From assembly GCA_016706685.1 (NCBI GenBank), contig JADJJE010000001.1, positions 129,575 through 193,574 on the forward strand: a DNA stretch of 64,000 nucleotides, written 5' to 3'. The stretch's first letter is position 1. The number at the start of each line of letters is the position of its first letter. The notes under the pieces were generated by a model. It was not told the DNA's origin. It made no database searches and saw only the letters and a list, made by a program, of their open reading frames with translations. Positions 17,214 through 25,950 of the stretch are shown one piece after another. Source of the DNA: Sandaracinaceae bacterium (GTDB taxonomy: Bacteria; Myxococcota_A; Polyangia; Polyangiales; Houyiibacteriaceae). The translations under genes were made by a program, and so were the position numbers.

Positions 17214-18728
17214 TTGCCGCTGGTACCCTCAATGGCAACCAAAATGAGCAGGCAGACAGACCAGGTGGCGCACCCCCGCGTGGGCCGCGCCGAGGCACGT
17301 TGGGGACATGCCATCGAGCTGGACCCCGCTCCCGATGCGCAGCCGCTCTACGTGCAGATCGCCGAGGCCGTGACGGCCGACGTGCGGCGCGGGGTGCTGC
17401 GCCCGGGTGACGCGCTGCCCGGCAGCCGCAGCCTGGCGCTGGCCCTCGGCGTCCACCGCAACACCATCCTGGCGGCGTTTCGAGAGCTCGAAAAGCAGGG
17501 ATTCCTGAGCACCGAGGCGGCGCGTGGGACACGCATCTCGGAGTCGCTCCCGGACCTTCCCCTCGAGCCCACTTCGCACACGCGTGGCGCGGCGGCGTTC
17601 CCGGTACCGCGCGCGCCGACGTTCCGCGTGATGGCCACCCCCGTGGGCCACTACACGCTGCTGGGTGGCATCCCGGACCTGCGACAGGTGCCCACCACGG
17701 CGCTCGCACGGGCATACCGGCGCGCGCTGCGGCGCCCTGCCGTGTTGGGCTACGGCGACCCAGCCGGCTCGCGCGCGCTGCGCGTGGGCCTCGCCGCCAT
17801 GCTGGCGCGGACCCGCGGCCTGGCGCTGACCGAAGACGACGTGGTGGTCACGCGCGGGAGCCAGATGGCGCTCGACCTGATCGCCCGCTCGCTGCTGCGG
17901 CCGGGGGACATCGTGGCCGTGGAGGGGCTCGGCTATCGACCGGCGTGGGAGGCCCTGCGCGCCGCGGGCGCGCGCGTGGTGTCCGTGCCGGTGGACAACG
18001 ACGGACTGGTCGTGGAGCGTCTCGAGGCGCTGGCCGAGAGGCTGCCGCTGCGCGCCGTGTACCTGACGCCGCACCACCAGTACCCCACCACCACCGTGCT
18101 CCCCGCGCCGCGCCGCCTGGCGCTCTTGGCGCTGGCCCGCAAGCAGCGCTTCGCCGTGATCGAAGACGACTTCGACCACGAGTTCCACTACGAAGGCCGC
18201 CCCATCCTCCCGCTCGCCGCGCGGGCCCCCGAGAGCGTGGTGTACATCGGCACGTTCTCGAAGGTGCTGGCGCCGGGGCTGCGCGTGGGCTGGGTGGTGG
18301 CGCCCTCCCCGCTGCGCGAGGCCATCGTGGCGCGCCGCAGCGTGCTCGACCGCCAAGGCGACCTGGCGCTCGAGGAGGCCGTGGCCGAGCTGCTGGAGGA
18401 CGGCGAGATCACGCGCCACATCCTGCGCATGCGGGGCGTCTACGAGGAGCGCCGCGACGTGATGGTGCGGCTGCTGACCGAGGCGTTCGGCGACACGCTC
18501 CACTTCCGCATGCCCCGCGGGGGGATGGCCCTGTGGGCGCGCGTCACCGGCACGGACGTGGACGAGTGGGCGGCTGCGGCGGCGGCCAAGAAGGTGCTGG
18601 TGCAGCCCGCCAAGCTCTTCACGTTCGACCGCCGCGCCCGCCCTTTCTTGCGCTTGGGCTACGGCGCCCATGACCCGCAGGAGCTGGGGCGGGCCGTGGC
18701 GTTGCTCGCGGCAGCGCGCCCCAGATAG
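17214..18728 (+). CDS. MocR/PdxR-type regulator (GntR HTH fused to a PLP aminotransferase-like domain)
   Basis: The GntR HTH is PLYVQIAEAVTADVRRGVLRPGDALPGSRSLALALGVHRNTILAAFRELEKQGFL. The aminotransferase fold-I domain has SKVLAPGLRVGW (PLP Lys). The start is uncertain (17214, 17232 or 17244). Confidence 0.8.
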   Translation: MPLVPSMATKMSRQTDQVAHPRVGRAEARWGHAIELDPAPDAQPLYVQIAEAVTADVRRGVLRPGDALPGSRSLALALGVHRNTILAAFRELEKQGFLSTEAARGTRISESLPDLPLEPTSHTRGAAAFPVPRAPTFRVMATPVGHYTLLGGIPDLRQVPTTALARAYRRALRRPAVLGYGDPAGSRALRVGLAAMLARTRGLALTEDDVVVTRGSQMALDLIARSLLRPGDIVAVEGLGYRPAWEALRAAGARVVSVPVDNDGLVVERLEALAERLPLRAVYLTPHHQYPTTTVLPAPRRLALLALARKQRFAVIEDDFDHEFHYEGRPILPLAARAPESVVYIGTFSKVLAPGLRVGWVVAPSPLREAIVARRSVLDRQGDLALEEAVAELLEDGEITRHILRMRGVYEERRDVMVRLLTEAFGDTLHFRMPRGGMALWARVTGTDVDEWAAAAAAKKVLVQPAKLFTFDRRARPFLRLGYGAHDPQELGRAVALLAAARPR

Positions 18729-18733
18729 CGGGA

Positions 18734-19819
18734 TCAGCCGCGCGGCTTGGCGTCGCCGGCCGGCGCACCGCAGTGCGGACAGGTCTGCAGCTCCTTCGCG
18801 AAGGGTGCCGCGCAATAGGCACAGAACACCCGGCCGGCCACCGTCTGCTCGTTGATGCGTCGCAGCCCGGGGTAGAGCATCTCGAGCTCCGCGGTGCTCA
18901 TGCGGTCGTTCTCGTCGGCTGGAGACCAGATCACCTCCAGCACCGCGATGCTGTTCCCGTCCAGCGCGATGACCTGATCCAGCAGGTGTCGCACCTCGTT
19001 GGCGTTCGTGACGTCGGCCACGTCGATGAGCTCGCGGTGCGCGGCGATTAGCAGCGTCACCACCACCACCCCCTCGCCTTCCTCGCGGCTCACGCGCTGC
19101 TCGGGCCCGGCGGTCACCCGCGTGCTGCCGTCGGCGTTGCGGATGAGTTCGTAGCGGAACTTGCTACGCGCGTCGGCGGCCGCGGCTCGAAACACCCGCT
19201 CGGCGTCCCGGGGCGCGGCCGGAAGCGCGTTGAGAACAGAGCCATACAGCCACGAGAGCTCTTCGCGGCGCAGCGCCAGCGCCGTCTCACGGGCCATGCG
19301 CGCCAGGCCGTCCGGCGTGCTGGTGTCGCCCGTCTTGGCCAGCTGCTCGAGCTGACCCTGGATGTGCTTTCGTGCGCGCCAGTCGATGGCCAGCATGAGG
19401 CCGGAGACGTCGATGCCACCCGTGACCGGGAGCGTGCCGCGCACTTGGTCGCCGTGCCTGAAGCGCGAGATGAGCAGCACCACCGCGATGAGCATGAACA
19501 AGAAGAAGCAGCAGAACAGCGAGGAGCAGCCGTCACCGCTGCCGCCCTGATAGTTCCCGTCGTAGCCCCCGCCTTGGTACCCCCCCTGGTAGCCGCCGCC
19601 GTAGTCGCCGCCGCCGCTGGGTTGGTAGGACGGAGAAGGCGTGTAGCCACCGCCACCGCCGCCACCACCACCGCCCTCGAAGCTGCCGCCGCCGAAGCTG
19701 CCTCCCGAGCTCTGTGCATCCACGCCGCTGGCGGGCAACACCAGCGTCAGGGCGAAGAGCAGCGGGAGCCAAGCGCCCAGCGGGCCGCGACATGCGCAGG
19801 GGGTGTGCCGGTCGGACAT
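18734..19819 (-). CDS. DUF1517-family membrane protein with a Gly/Tyr-rich N-terminal region and a C-terminal zinc ribbon
   Basis: Signal/lipid-free N-terminus; a GGSFGGGSFEGGGGGGGGGGY...GGYQGGYQGGGY low-complexity run; a TM segment FCCFFLFMLIAVVLLI. DUF1517-like core: LEQLAKTGDTSTPDGLARMARETALALRR, ARSKFRYELIRN. C-terminal CAYC...CPHC. Start at MSDRH (19819). Confidence 0.7.
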   Translation of the reverse strand: MSDRHTPCACRGPLGAWLPLLFALTLVLPASGVDAQSSGGSFGGGSFEGGGGGGGGGGYTPSPSYQPSGGGDYGGGYQGGYQGGGYDGNYQGGSGDGCSSLFCCFFLFMLIAVVLLISRFRHGDQVRGTLPVTGGIDVSGLMLAIDWRARKHIQGQLEQLAKTGDTSTPDGLARMARETALALRREELSWLYGSVLNALPAAPRDAERVFRAAAADARSKFRYELIRNADGSTRVTAGPEQRVSREEGEGVVVVTLLIAAHRELIDVADVTNANEVRHLLDQVIALDGNSIAVLEVIWSPADENDRMSTAELEMLYPGLRRINEQTVAGRVFCAYCAAPFAKELQTCPHCGAPAGDAKPRG

Positions 19820-19893
19820 CGCGCACAGGCTCCCACAAGTGGCGCATCGCGGGAAGTTGCCTGCACCGTTGACCGTCGCCCCCCCTGACGACG

Positions 19894-22422
19894 TCAGGAC
19901 GGATCCGGCTCGGTCGGCGAGGCCGCTGCGGGGCGCGCGGCCGCCTTCCGCTTCTGCGCGCGGCGCTCCAGCCACAGCAGCGTTGCGGGGATGGTCAGCA
20001 CGGCGGCCGAGATGCAGGCCACCTCGCTGATGCCACCGGCGTCGCCAAAGGACTGGATGGCCTGGTTCCGCGACGAGTGAAGTGTGATGTAGCCGAGGAT
20101 GGTGGTGATGGAGCACAGGATGACCGCGCCACCCGTCTCCGCGACCGCCGCTCGGACGGCCTCGGGGTTGCCTTCCGCCTCTTCCTGGACGTAGCGACGC
20201 ACCACGTTGACCGCGTACTCCACCCCCAGGCCGAAGGCGATGGGAATGGCAATGAAGTTGAGGAAATTGATCTTCAGGCCCAGCACTGCCATGGACGCGC
20301 CCATGACGCTGATGCCCAGAAGCAGGCCGCCGAGCGTCACCAGCCGGTCGCGCCAGCGCCGGAACGAGAACGAGACCAGCAGTACGGTGAGCGCGAACGA
20401 GAGCGCGATGGTGCGCGGCGCGTCCTCGACGATGGAGTCCACCAGGTCGGCGAAAACCGTGGCCTCACCCGCCAGTGGTGGGCGGCTTCCGTCGGGCAGG
20501 CGGATTTCACGGATGTCGCGCGCCCAGCGGGTGAGGTAGCGACCATCCCAGATGCTGACGCCGCGCGCCCGCTCGATGGCGATCAAGCGACCGCGCGTTC
20601 CATCGCGCTCCGTGAAGCGCAGCGCGATCTCGTCCGGCAGGTCGGCGTCGCCTATCGCACGCAGGTCCTCTGGCGGCATGTGCTCGTCGATGCGCGCCTG
20701 CTGCTCCTCGGTGGCGAAGGCTCGCGCCTCGACCAGCAGCTCGCGGATCTCGGCCACCACGGGGAGCTTCTCGGCCTGCTGCGTGGGCAGCAGGTCATTG
20801 ATGCTGCGGACACGTCCATAGTTGGGTGGTTCGGTCGTGCGGCCAGCCTCGAGCTGGGCTTGGATGTCTGCCACCAAGGCGCGGTCCGGCAGGGCCATGG
20901 CGATGAACGACTGGTCGGTGGTGCCGCGCATCAGAGCGGACACACGCTTGTTGATCTGCCCGGCCCGCGAGGAGTCGGTCCGGTCGGAGCGCAGCTTGCG
21001 AAAGTCGTACTCGAGCGGGTCGTGGGCCACGGCATAGGCCACCGTCGCGAACGACGCGACGCCGAGGACGAGGGACACGAAGGCTATGAACCCCGGCCGG
21101 AAGCTGACGACGCGCCAGAAGAACGCGCCGAACACGTTGGTCTCACCCGCGAGGGTGGACACGGGCAACGGCCGGAAGCGCTCCCACATGGCCGTGGCGG
21201 CAGGCACCAACAGGAGCATCGCGGCCCACGCGAGCAACTGCCCGGCGCTGCCGATGATGCCGAAGTCATGGAAGCCACGGAAGTCCGTGGCGATGAGGGA
21301 GGCGTAGGCGGTGGCAGCCGTGGCAGCGGCCGCCAGCGTGCCCGCCCACGCACCCACGTGGGTGCGCTTCATGGCCTCGAGCACGGCGTGCCCCGCCCGA
21401 CGCTCCTCGAAGTAGCGGGCCAGCCACATGATCATGGGGTTGACGCCGTTGCCGAAGACGATGCTGCCGAGGAACGCCGTGGACGTGTTGAGCGCACCCA
21501 CCATGACCTGCGCATAGGCAAAGGTGACGAGCACCGGGACGATGAGCGACAAGCCGAGGATGGGGACCACCCGGGGGCGCCGAAAGAAGATGAGGATCGC
21601 GATCATGGAGAGCACGAGCGTGAGCCCACCGGCGACGGAGACCTCCTGGAGTATGGCGGCGTGCTCTTCCCGACTGACGATGACGTTTCCCGCGAGTTCG
21701 GCTGTGAGGTCCGGCCCGAAGGAGCTCACGTTGATGGCGTCGAGCTCGGCTTGAACCGCGCTGATGAGCGCGCCTGCCCCCTGGTTGTCGCCGCCGGTGA
21801 AGTCGCAGCGCACGAAGAACGCGCCGAGGTCGTGCTCGGGGGTGATGTAGAAACCACCCGGGTAGCGCTCGAGCCGTGCTTGGCTCTCCCGCGCGCGACC
21901 CTGCATGCGGGAGAGGATGACTTCCGGCGACTCGGGCTCCTCGTCGTCCAACATCACCATGAAGGGGTTGCGACGCATCTTCTCGTAGTCGACCCGCTCC
22001 TGCAGCGCGTCGCGGATCTCTTCGAGATCGTCGAGTGGCGCGTAGAGGTGCCGATGCTCGTAGACGAAGTCGTCGTAGGCTCCGAGGGTGTAGTCCACGC
22101 TGCGGATGCCGTACGCGTCGAGCGCGGCCATCCGCGGTGCTGCCGCGCGGATGAACCTCTGCATGCCCTCGAGGTCACCCGAGGGGCTCTGCACCGCCAC
22201 CGTGAGTGTCCTGAGCCCGCCAACGCGATCCCCGAGCGTCTCGAGGTCTCGCACACTCGGCTTGTTCTGCGGCAGGAGCGCCACGAACGACGTGTCGAGC
22301 GTGAGCTTGCGCACCAGCACCAGCGAGCCCGCCGAGATGGCGACCGCGATCAGGAGCACCAGGCCGGCGCGTTCGTATTGGAACTGTGCCAGCCGTGCGA
22401 GGAACGATTCGAAGCGCTTCAT
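19894..22422 (-). CDS. MMPL/RND-superfamily membrane transporter
   Basis: 842 aa with two blocks of about six TM helices, each preceded by a large soluble loop (HpnN/MMPL-type topology). Start at MKRFESF. Confidence 0.75.
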   Translation of the reverse strand: MKRFESFLARLAQFQYERAGLVLLIAVAISAGSLVLVRKLTLDTSFVALLPQNKPSVRDLETLGDRVGGLRTLTVAVQSPSGDLEGMQRFIRAAAPRMAALDAYGIRSVDYTLGAYDDFVYEHRHLYAPLDDLEEIRDALQERVDYEKMRRNPFMVMLDDEEPESPEVILSRMQGRARESQARLERYPGGFYITPEHDLGAFFVRCDFTGGDNQGAGALISAVQAELDAINVSSFGPDLTAELAGNVIVSREEHAAILQEVSVAGGLTLVLSMIAILIFFRRPRVVPILGLSLIVPVLVTFAYAQVMVGALNTSTAFLGSIVFGNGVNPMIMWLARYFEERRAGHAVLEAMKRTHVGAWAGTLAAAATAATAYASLIATDFRGFHDFGIIGSAGQLLAWAAMLLLVPAATAMWERFRPLPVSTLAGETNVFGAFFWRVVSFRPGFIAFVSLVLGVASFATVAYAVAHDPLEYDFRKLRSDRTDSSRAGQINKRVSALMRGTTDQSFIAMALPDRALVADIQAQLEAGRTTEPPNYGRVRSINDLLPTQQAEKLPVVAEIRELLVEARAFATEEQQARIDEHMPPEDLRAIGDADLPDEIALRFTERDGTRGRLIAIERARGVSIWDGRYLTRWARDIREIRLPDGSRPPLAGEATVFADLVDSIVEDAPRTIALSFALTVLLVSFSFRRWRDRLVTLGGLLLGISVMGASMAVLGLKINFLNFIAIPIAFGLGVEYAVNVVRRYVQEEAEGNPEAVRAAVAETGGAVILCSITTILGYITLHSSRNQAIQSFGDAGGISEVACISAAVLTIPATLLWLERRAQKRKAAARPAAASPTEPDPS

Positions 22423-22457
22423 CGTGGGAGTGCCTACCACACGAAGCGCCCCAGGGC

Positions 22458-24860
22458 CTACCGCGCCGGGCCCTCGGGGCGCAGGAACAGGAGGGTGGTG
22501 GGAGACAACACGACGCTGGCGCAGATGCCTGCTGCGGCCGTGATGCCCAAACCGGAGAGCACCGGGTGCTCGGAGAACGCCAACAAGCCGAAGCCCACCA
22601 GGGTGGTGGCGAACGCGACGAGCACGCCCAGGAGCGCGGCGTGCAGCGCGGGCTCGTCGCGCTCCGTGATGGCGTCCACCAGGAAGACGCCGTAGTCGTC
22701 GCCCATGCTGACCACGAAGAGGAGCGCCGTGAGGGTCACCAAGTCGAGCCCGCGACCCAACAGCGTGAGCACGCAGACGGTGACGCCCACCGCCAGCACC
22801 GAGGGCACCAGCACGGCGCAGGTGCGGCGCAGGTTGCGGTAGCGCAGCGCCAGCATGCTGAACACCGCTAGCAGCCCGAACCCCAGCTGCGTGAGCGTTC
22901 GCTGCTGGTACTCCCGGTGCGCTTGCCCGAACAGGTCCGACTGACGCAGGAACACCGCGTTGTCGACCGGCTGGAGCCGCGCCTCGAGCGCGTCTGCGTC
23001 GGTGACGCCGTGCAGGAACGTGACGAAGCCCACGCGCCCCTCGAGCGCTACGCGGAACGGCCGCACCATGGACGCGAGCGGCGACCCCAAGAGGTCGTCA
23101 TGGGTGAGCGGCGCGGGCTGCTCGGACGCGAGCGCATCGAAGAACGGCGCAAAGCCGGCCACGGCAAATCCCTCCTCGGCGAACACCCGCTCGAAGCGCG
23201 CGCGCAGCGTGGGGTCGCCCACGATCACGTCGCGCACCTCGCGCTGCGTGGTGGCGCTCGGCAAGAACAGCGAGATGGTGCGGTGGCCGTCGAGCTCGCC
23301 GGCGGCCTCACCCTGCTGCAGCGCCGCATGCACGCGCTCGCTCGCCTGCAGCGCTTGCTCCTCGGTGTCGCCCAGCGCGACCACGAAGCGCATTTGCTCG
23401 AAGTGGGCCACCTTGCTGCGGACGCGCGCGTCTTCGGCGAAGATGCCCGGATCGAGGCGCCCGAGGCTGGCGAAGTCTTCGTTCCAGCGCGCGCGCGGCA
23501 GGACGACCGCCACGAACACGGCGGTGACCGCAGGAAAGACCCACAGCCAGCGCCGCTGCGTGCGGAGCGCGTCGAAGCCTCGGGCCAGCGCGTCCACCAC
23601 ACGCGAGCGCAGCGCCACCGGGCGAAACGTGGCCGGCATGAGCGCGGGCAGCATGTAGCGCGTGGCGAGGTACGCGGCGAACATGCCGCTCACGGAGAAG
23701 CACGCCACCTCTCGGAGCCCCGAGAGCGACGAGGGAGCCAGCGCCAAGAAGCCCGTGATGGTGGTGGCGGCGCCCGTGGCGAGCGACCTGCCGATGGTGG
23801 CGAACGAGGCGTTCCCCTCCTGTGTCCCGGCGTGGAGCGCGTGGAAGCAGTAGACGTGCACCACGTAGTCCACCGACAGGCCGATGAGCGACGCGCCGAA
23901 GGCCATGGTGATGCCGTGAACGCGCCCGAAGAGCAGCAAGACCACGAACGAACCCGCCAGCACACCAGCACCCACGGGGATGGAAGCCAGGGCGAGCAGA
24001 CGGAAGCTGCGGAAGAGCCCGAACAGCATGGCCCCGATGAGGAGCATGGAGAGCGTGGAGACCCGCTGGATGTCGCCCTTGATGGCGGTCGCGGCGCGCG
24101 TGGCGAAGCGGTTCAGCCCGCTCTGGTCGAGCTCGAGCGTGCCGTCGAAGGAGCGGTCCACGCGCGCGAACGCGCGCCCAATCCCCGCGATGACGGGCGC
24201 CTGCACGTCGGCGTCGAACGCCGAGCTGCGCGTGCTGAGGAACAGCACGGCGGTGCGCTGGTCGCTGGCGATGAACCGCCCGTCCCGCACGGTGAGGTCG
24301 TTGGCCGCGGAGCCGCGCAACCCCTGAAAGAGGCCCGGAACGATCTGAAACGGGTCGCGCGGCGCGACGCGGCTGAGCATGGGCGCCATGGGGCTGGCGA
24401 GGGCCGTGCGCAGCTCCACGGCCGCGCGCGTGAGCCCGGCGTCGGCGATGCGTGCCCGCGCTTGCGGTGCGTCCGGCGCCAGGAAGCCGAAGCGGCGGGG
24501 CTCGTACAGCTCGAAGAGGCCGCGCTCCACGCCCTCGGCCGGGCCGCCCTCGAGCGCCGCGATCTCGGGGGCCACCGACGTCTCCTGCCGAAGCGCGCTC
24601 TCGAAGGCGCGGCTCGCGCGCACGGCGGTGTCGGCGTCCGGTGCGCTCAGCGCGAAGATCATGGTGCGGCTGAGCTCGCTCTGAGCGATCTGATGCGAGA
24701 GCGCACCCAGCTCACGGTCGTCCGCCTCGGGCAGGAAAGCGTAGAGGTCGGTGGTCACCTCGAAGCGCAGCGCCACGAACGCGCCCAGCGCGAGCAGCAC
24801 GCAGGTGCCGATCACGAGCGGGCGGTACTTGGCGATGAGCGGTGTGGGGCGCGTGGTCAT
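22458..24860 (-). CDS. MMPL/RND-superfamily membrane transporter (paralogue of the downstream gene)
   Basis: 800 aa with the same two-lobed topology. Start at MTTRPTPLIAKYRP (24860), 7 bp after the upstream CNNM gene stop. Confidence 0.75.
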   Translation of the reverse strand: MTTRPTPLIAKYRPLVIGTCVLLALGAFVALRFEVTTDLYAFLPEADDRELGALSHQIAQSELSRTMIFALSAPDADTAVRASRAFESALRQETSVAPEIAALEGGPAEGVERGLFELYEPRRFGFLAPDAPQARARIADAGLTRAAVELRTALASPMAPMLSRVAPRDPFQIVPGLFQGLRGSAANDLTVRDGRFIASDQRTAVLFLSTRSSAFDADVQAPVIAGIGRAFARVDRSFDGTLELDQSGLNRFATRAATAIKGDIQRVSTLSMLLIGAMLFGLFRSFRLLALASIPVGAGVLAGSFVVLLLFGRVHGITMAFGASLIGLSVDYVVHVYCFHALHAGTQEGNASFATIGRSLATGAATTITGFLALAPSSLSGLREVACFSVSGMFAAYLATRYMLPALMPATFRPVALRSRVVDALARGFDALRTQRRWLWVFPAVTAVFVAVVLPRARWNEDFASLGRLDPGIFAEDARVRSKVAHFEQMRFVVALGDTEEQALQASERVHAALQQGEAAGELDGHRTISLFLPSATTQREVRDVIVGDPTLRARFERVFAEEGFAVAGFAPFFDALASEQPAPLTHDDLLGSPLASMVRPFRVALEGRVGFVTFLHGVTDADALEARLQPVDNAVFLRQSDLFGQAHREYQQRTLTQLGFGLLAVFSMLALRYRNLRRTCAVLVPSVLAVGVTVCVLTLLGRGLDLVTLTALLFVVSMGDDYGVFLVDAITERDEPALHAALLGVLVAFATTLVGFGLLAFSEHPVLSGLGITAAAGICASVVLSPTTLLFLRPEGPAR

Positions 24861-24867
24861 GGGCACT

Positions 24868-25950
24868 TCAGGAGGCCTGCTCGGAGTTGCCGCGCCTCCC
24901 GGTGGCCCGCCGCGAGTCGTCGCGGATCTTGCCCACCAGCTCTTCGAGCACGTCTTCCAACGTGACGATGCCGAGCGGCTCGGCCGGCGCCTCGGCGTCT
25001 GCTTCGAGCACCACCGCGAGGTGCGCATTGGTGCGTTGCATCTGCACCATGACCTCGCGCAGCGAGTCGGTCACCCGCACCGAGGGCAGCGGGCGAACGT
25101 GGCGTGGGTCCATGGGCTTCCGACGCGCCTGCGGGTCGTTCTCGAGCAGGTCTTTGATGTGCACGTAGCCCACCAACTGGTCCCCCTGCGCGCGCAACGG
25201 AAAGCGCGAGAAGCTGTCGGCCGCGGCGGCCTCGGCCTGGGCCGGAGTGACCCCCAGCGGCAGCGTGCGGACGTGCGCCATGGGCACCAGCACCGAGCGC
25301 ACGTCACGCTCCGTGAAGTTGAGCGCTCCCAGCAACAGGCGCTCGTCGTTGAGCTCGATCAGCCCTCCGTCCAGCGACTCCTCCACCAGGTCGGCCACTT
25401 CGTCGCGCGTGAACGCGCTGGTGACCTCGTGCTTGGGCTCGATGCCCACTAGGCGCAGCATCACGTTGGACACCCCGTTGAGCAGCCACAGCACGGGATA
25501 GAGCATCCATACGATGACCACCAGCAGCGGCGCCATGAGCAGCGCGGCGCGCTCGGGCTCTGCCAGGGCCAGGTTCTTGGGCACCATCTCGCCGATGATC
25601 ACGTGCAGGAACGTGACCAGCGTGAGTGCCAGCGTGAACGAGATGGGGTGCAGGAACGCCGCAGGGACCCCGGCGAGCTCCATGGGCACCTCCATGAGGT
25701 GCGCGATGGCCGGCTCGCTGAGCGAGCCCAGCGCCAACGAAGCGATGGTGATGCCGAGCTGAGCCCCGGCCATCATGAGCGACACGTGCTCCATCGCATA
25801 CAGCGTGACCTTGGCGGGCAGCGAGCCCCCCTCGGCGCGCGGCTCGATCTTGGTGCGACGCACGGAGATGAGGGCGAACTCGGCCGCCACGAAGAACGCG
25901 TTGAGCACCAAGAGGCCAACCGTGAGCACCAGCCCGAGCACGTCGTTCAT
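24868..25950 (-). CDS. CNNM/CorC-family transporter (DUF21 + CBS pair), lacking the CorC_HlyC C-terminal domain
   Basis: LNAFFVAAEFALISVRR (DUF21 start), GAQLGITIASLALG, and a CBS pair (RSVLVPMAHV..., HLAVVLEAD...GIVTLEDVLEELVGKI). The start ATG overlaps the upstream stop (ATGA at 25947-25950). Confidence 0.85.
   Translation of the reverse strand: MNDVLGLVLTVGLLVLNAFFVAAEFALISVRRTKIEPRAEGGSLPAKVTLYAMEHVSLMMAGAQLGITIASLALGSLSEPAIAHLMEVPMELAGVPAAFLHPISFTLALTLVTFLHVIIGEMVPKNLALAEPERAALLMAPLLVVIVWMLYPVLWLLNGVSNVMLRLVGIEPKHEVTSAFTRDEVADLVEESLDGGLIELNDERLLLGALNFTERDVRSVLVPMAHVRTLPLGVTPAQAEAAAADSFSRFPLRAQGDQLVGYVHIKDLLENDPQARRKPMDPRHVRPLPSVRVTDSLREVMVQMQRTNAHLAVVLEADAEAPAEPLGIVTLEDVLEELVGKIRDDSRRATGRRGNSEQAS

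Noticed and set aside
20077-22695. 872-aa plus-strand ORF
   Set aside because: It lies exactly antisense to the MMPL transporter gene. Its product is Arg/Gly/His/Asp-rich with no motif. Such long mirror ORFs are expected at ~70% GC. The same applies to 22917-24965 and 25998-27632.
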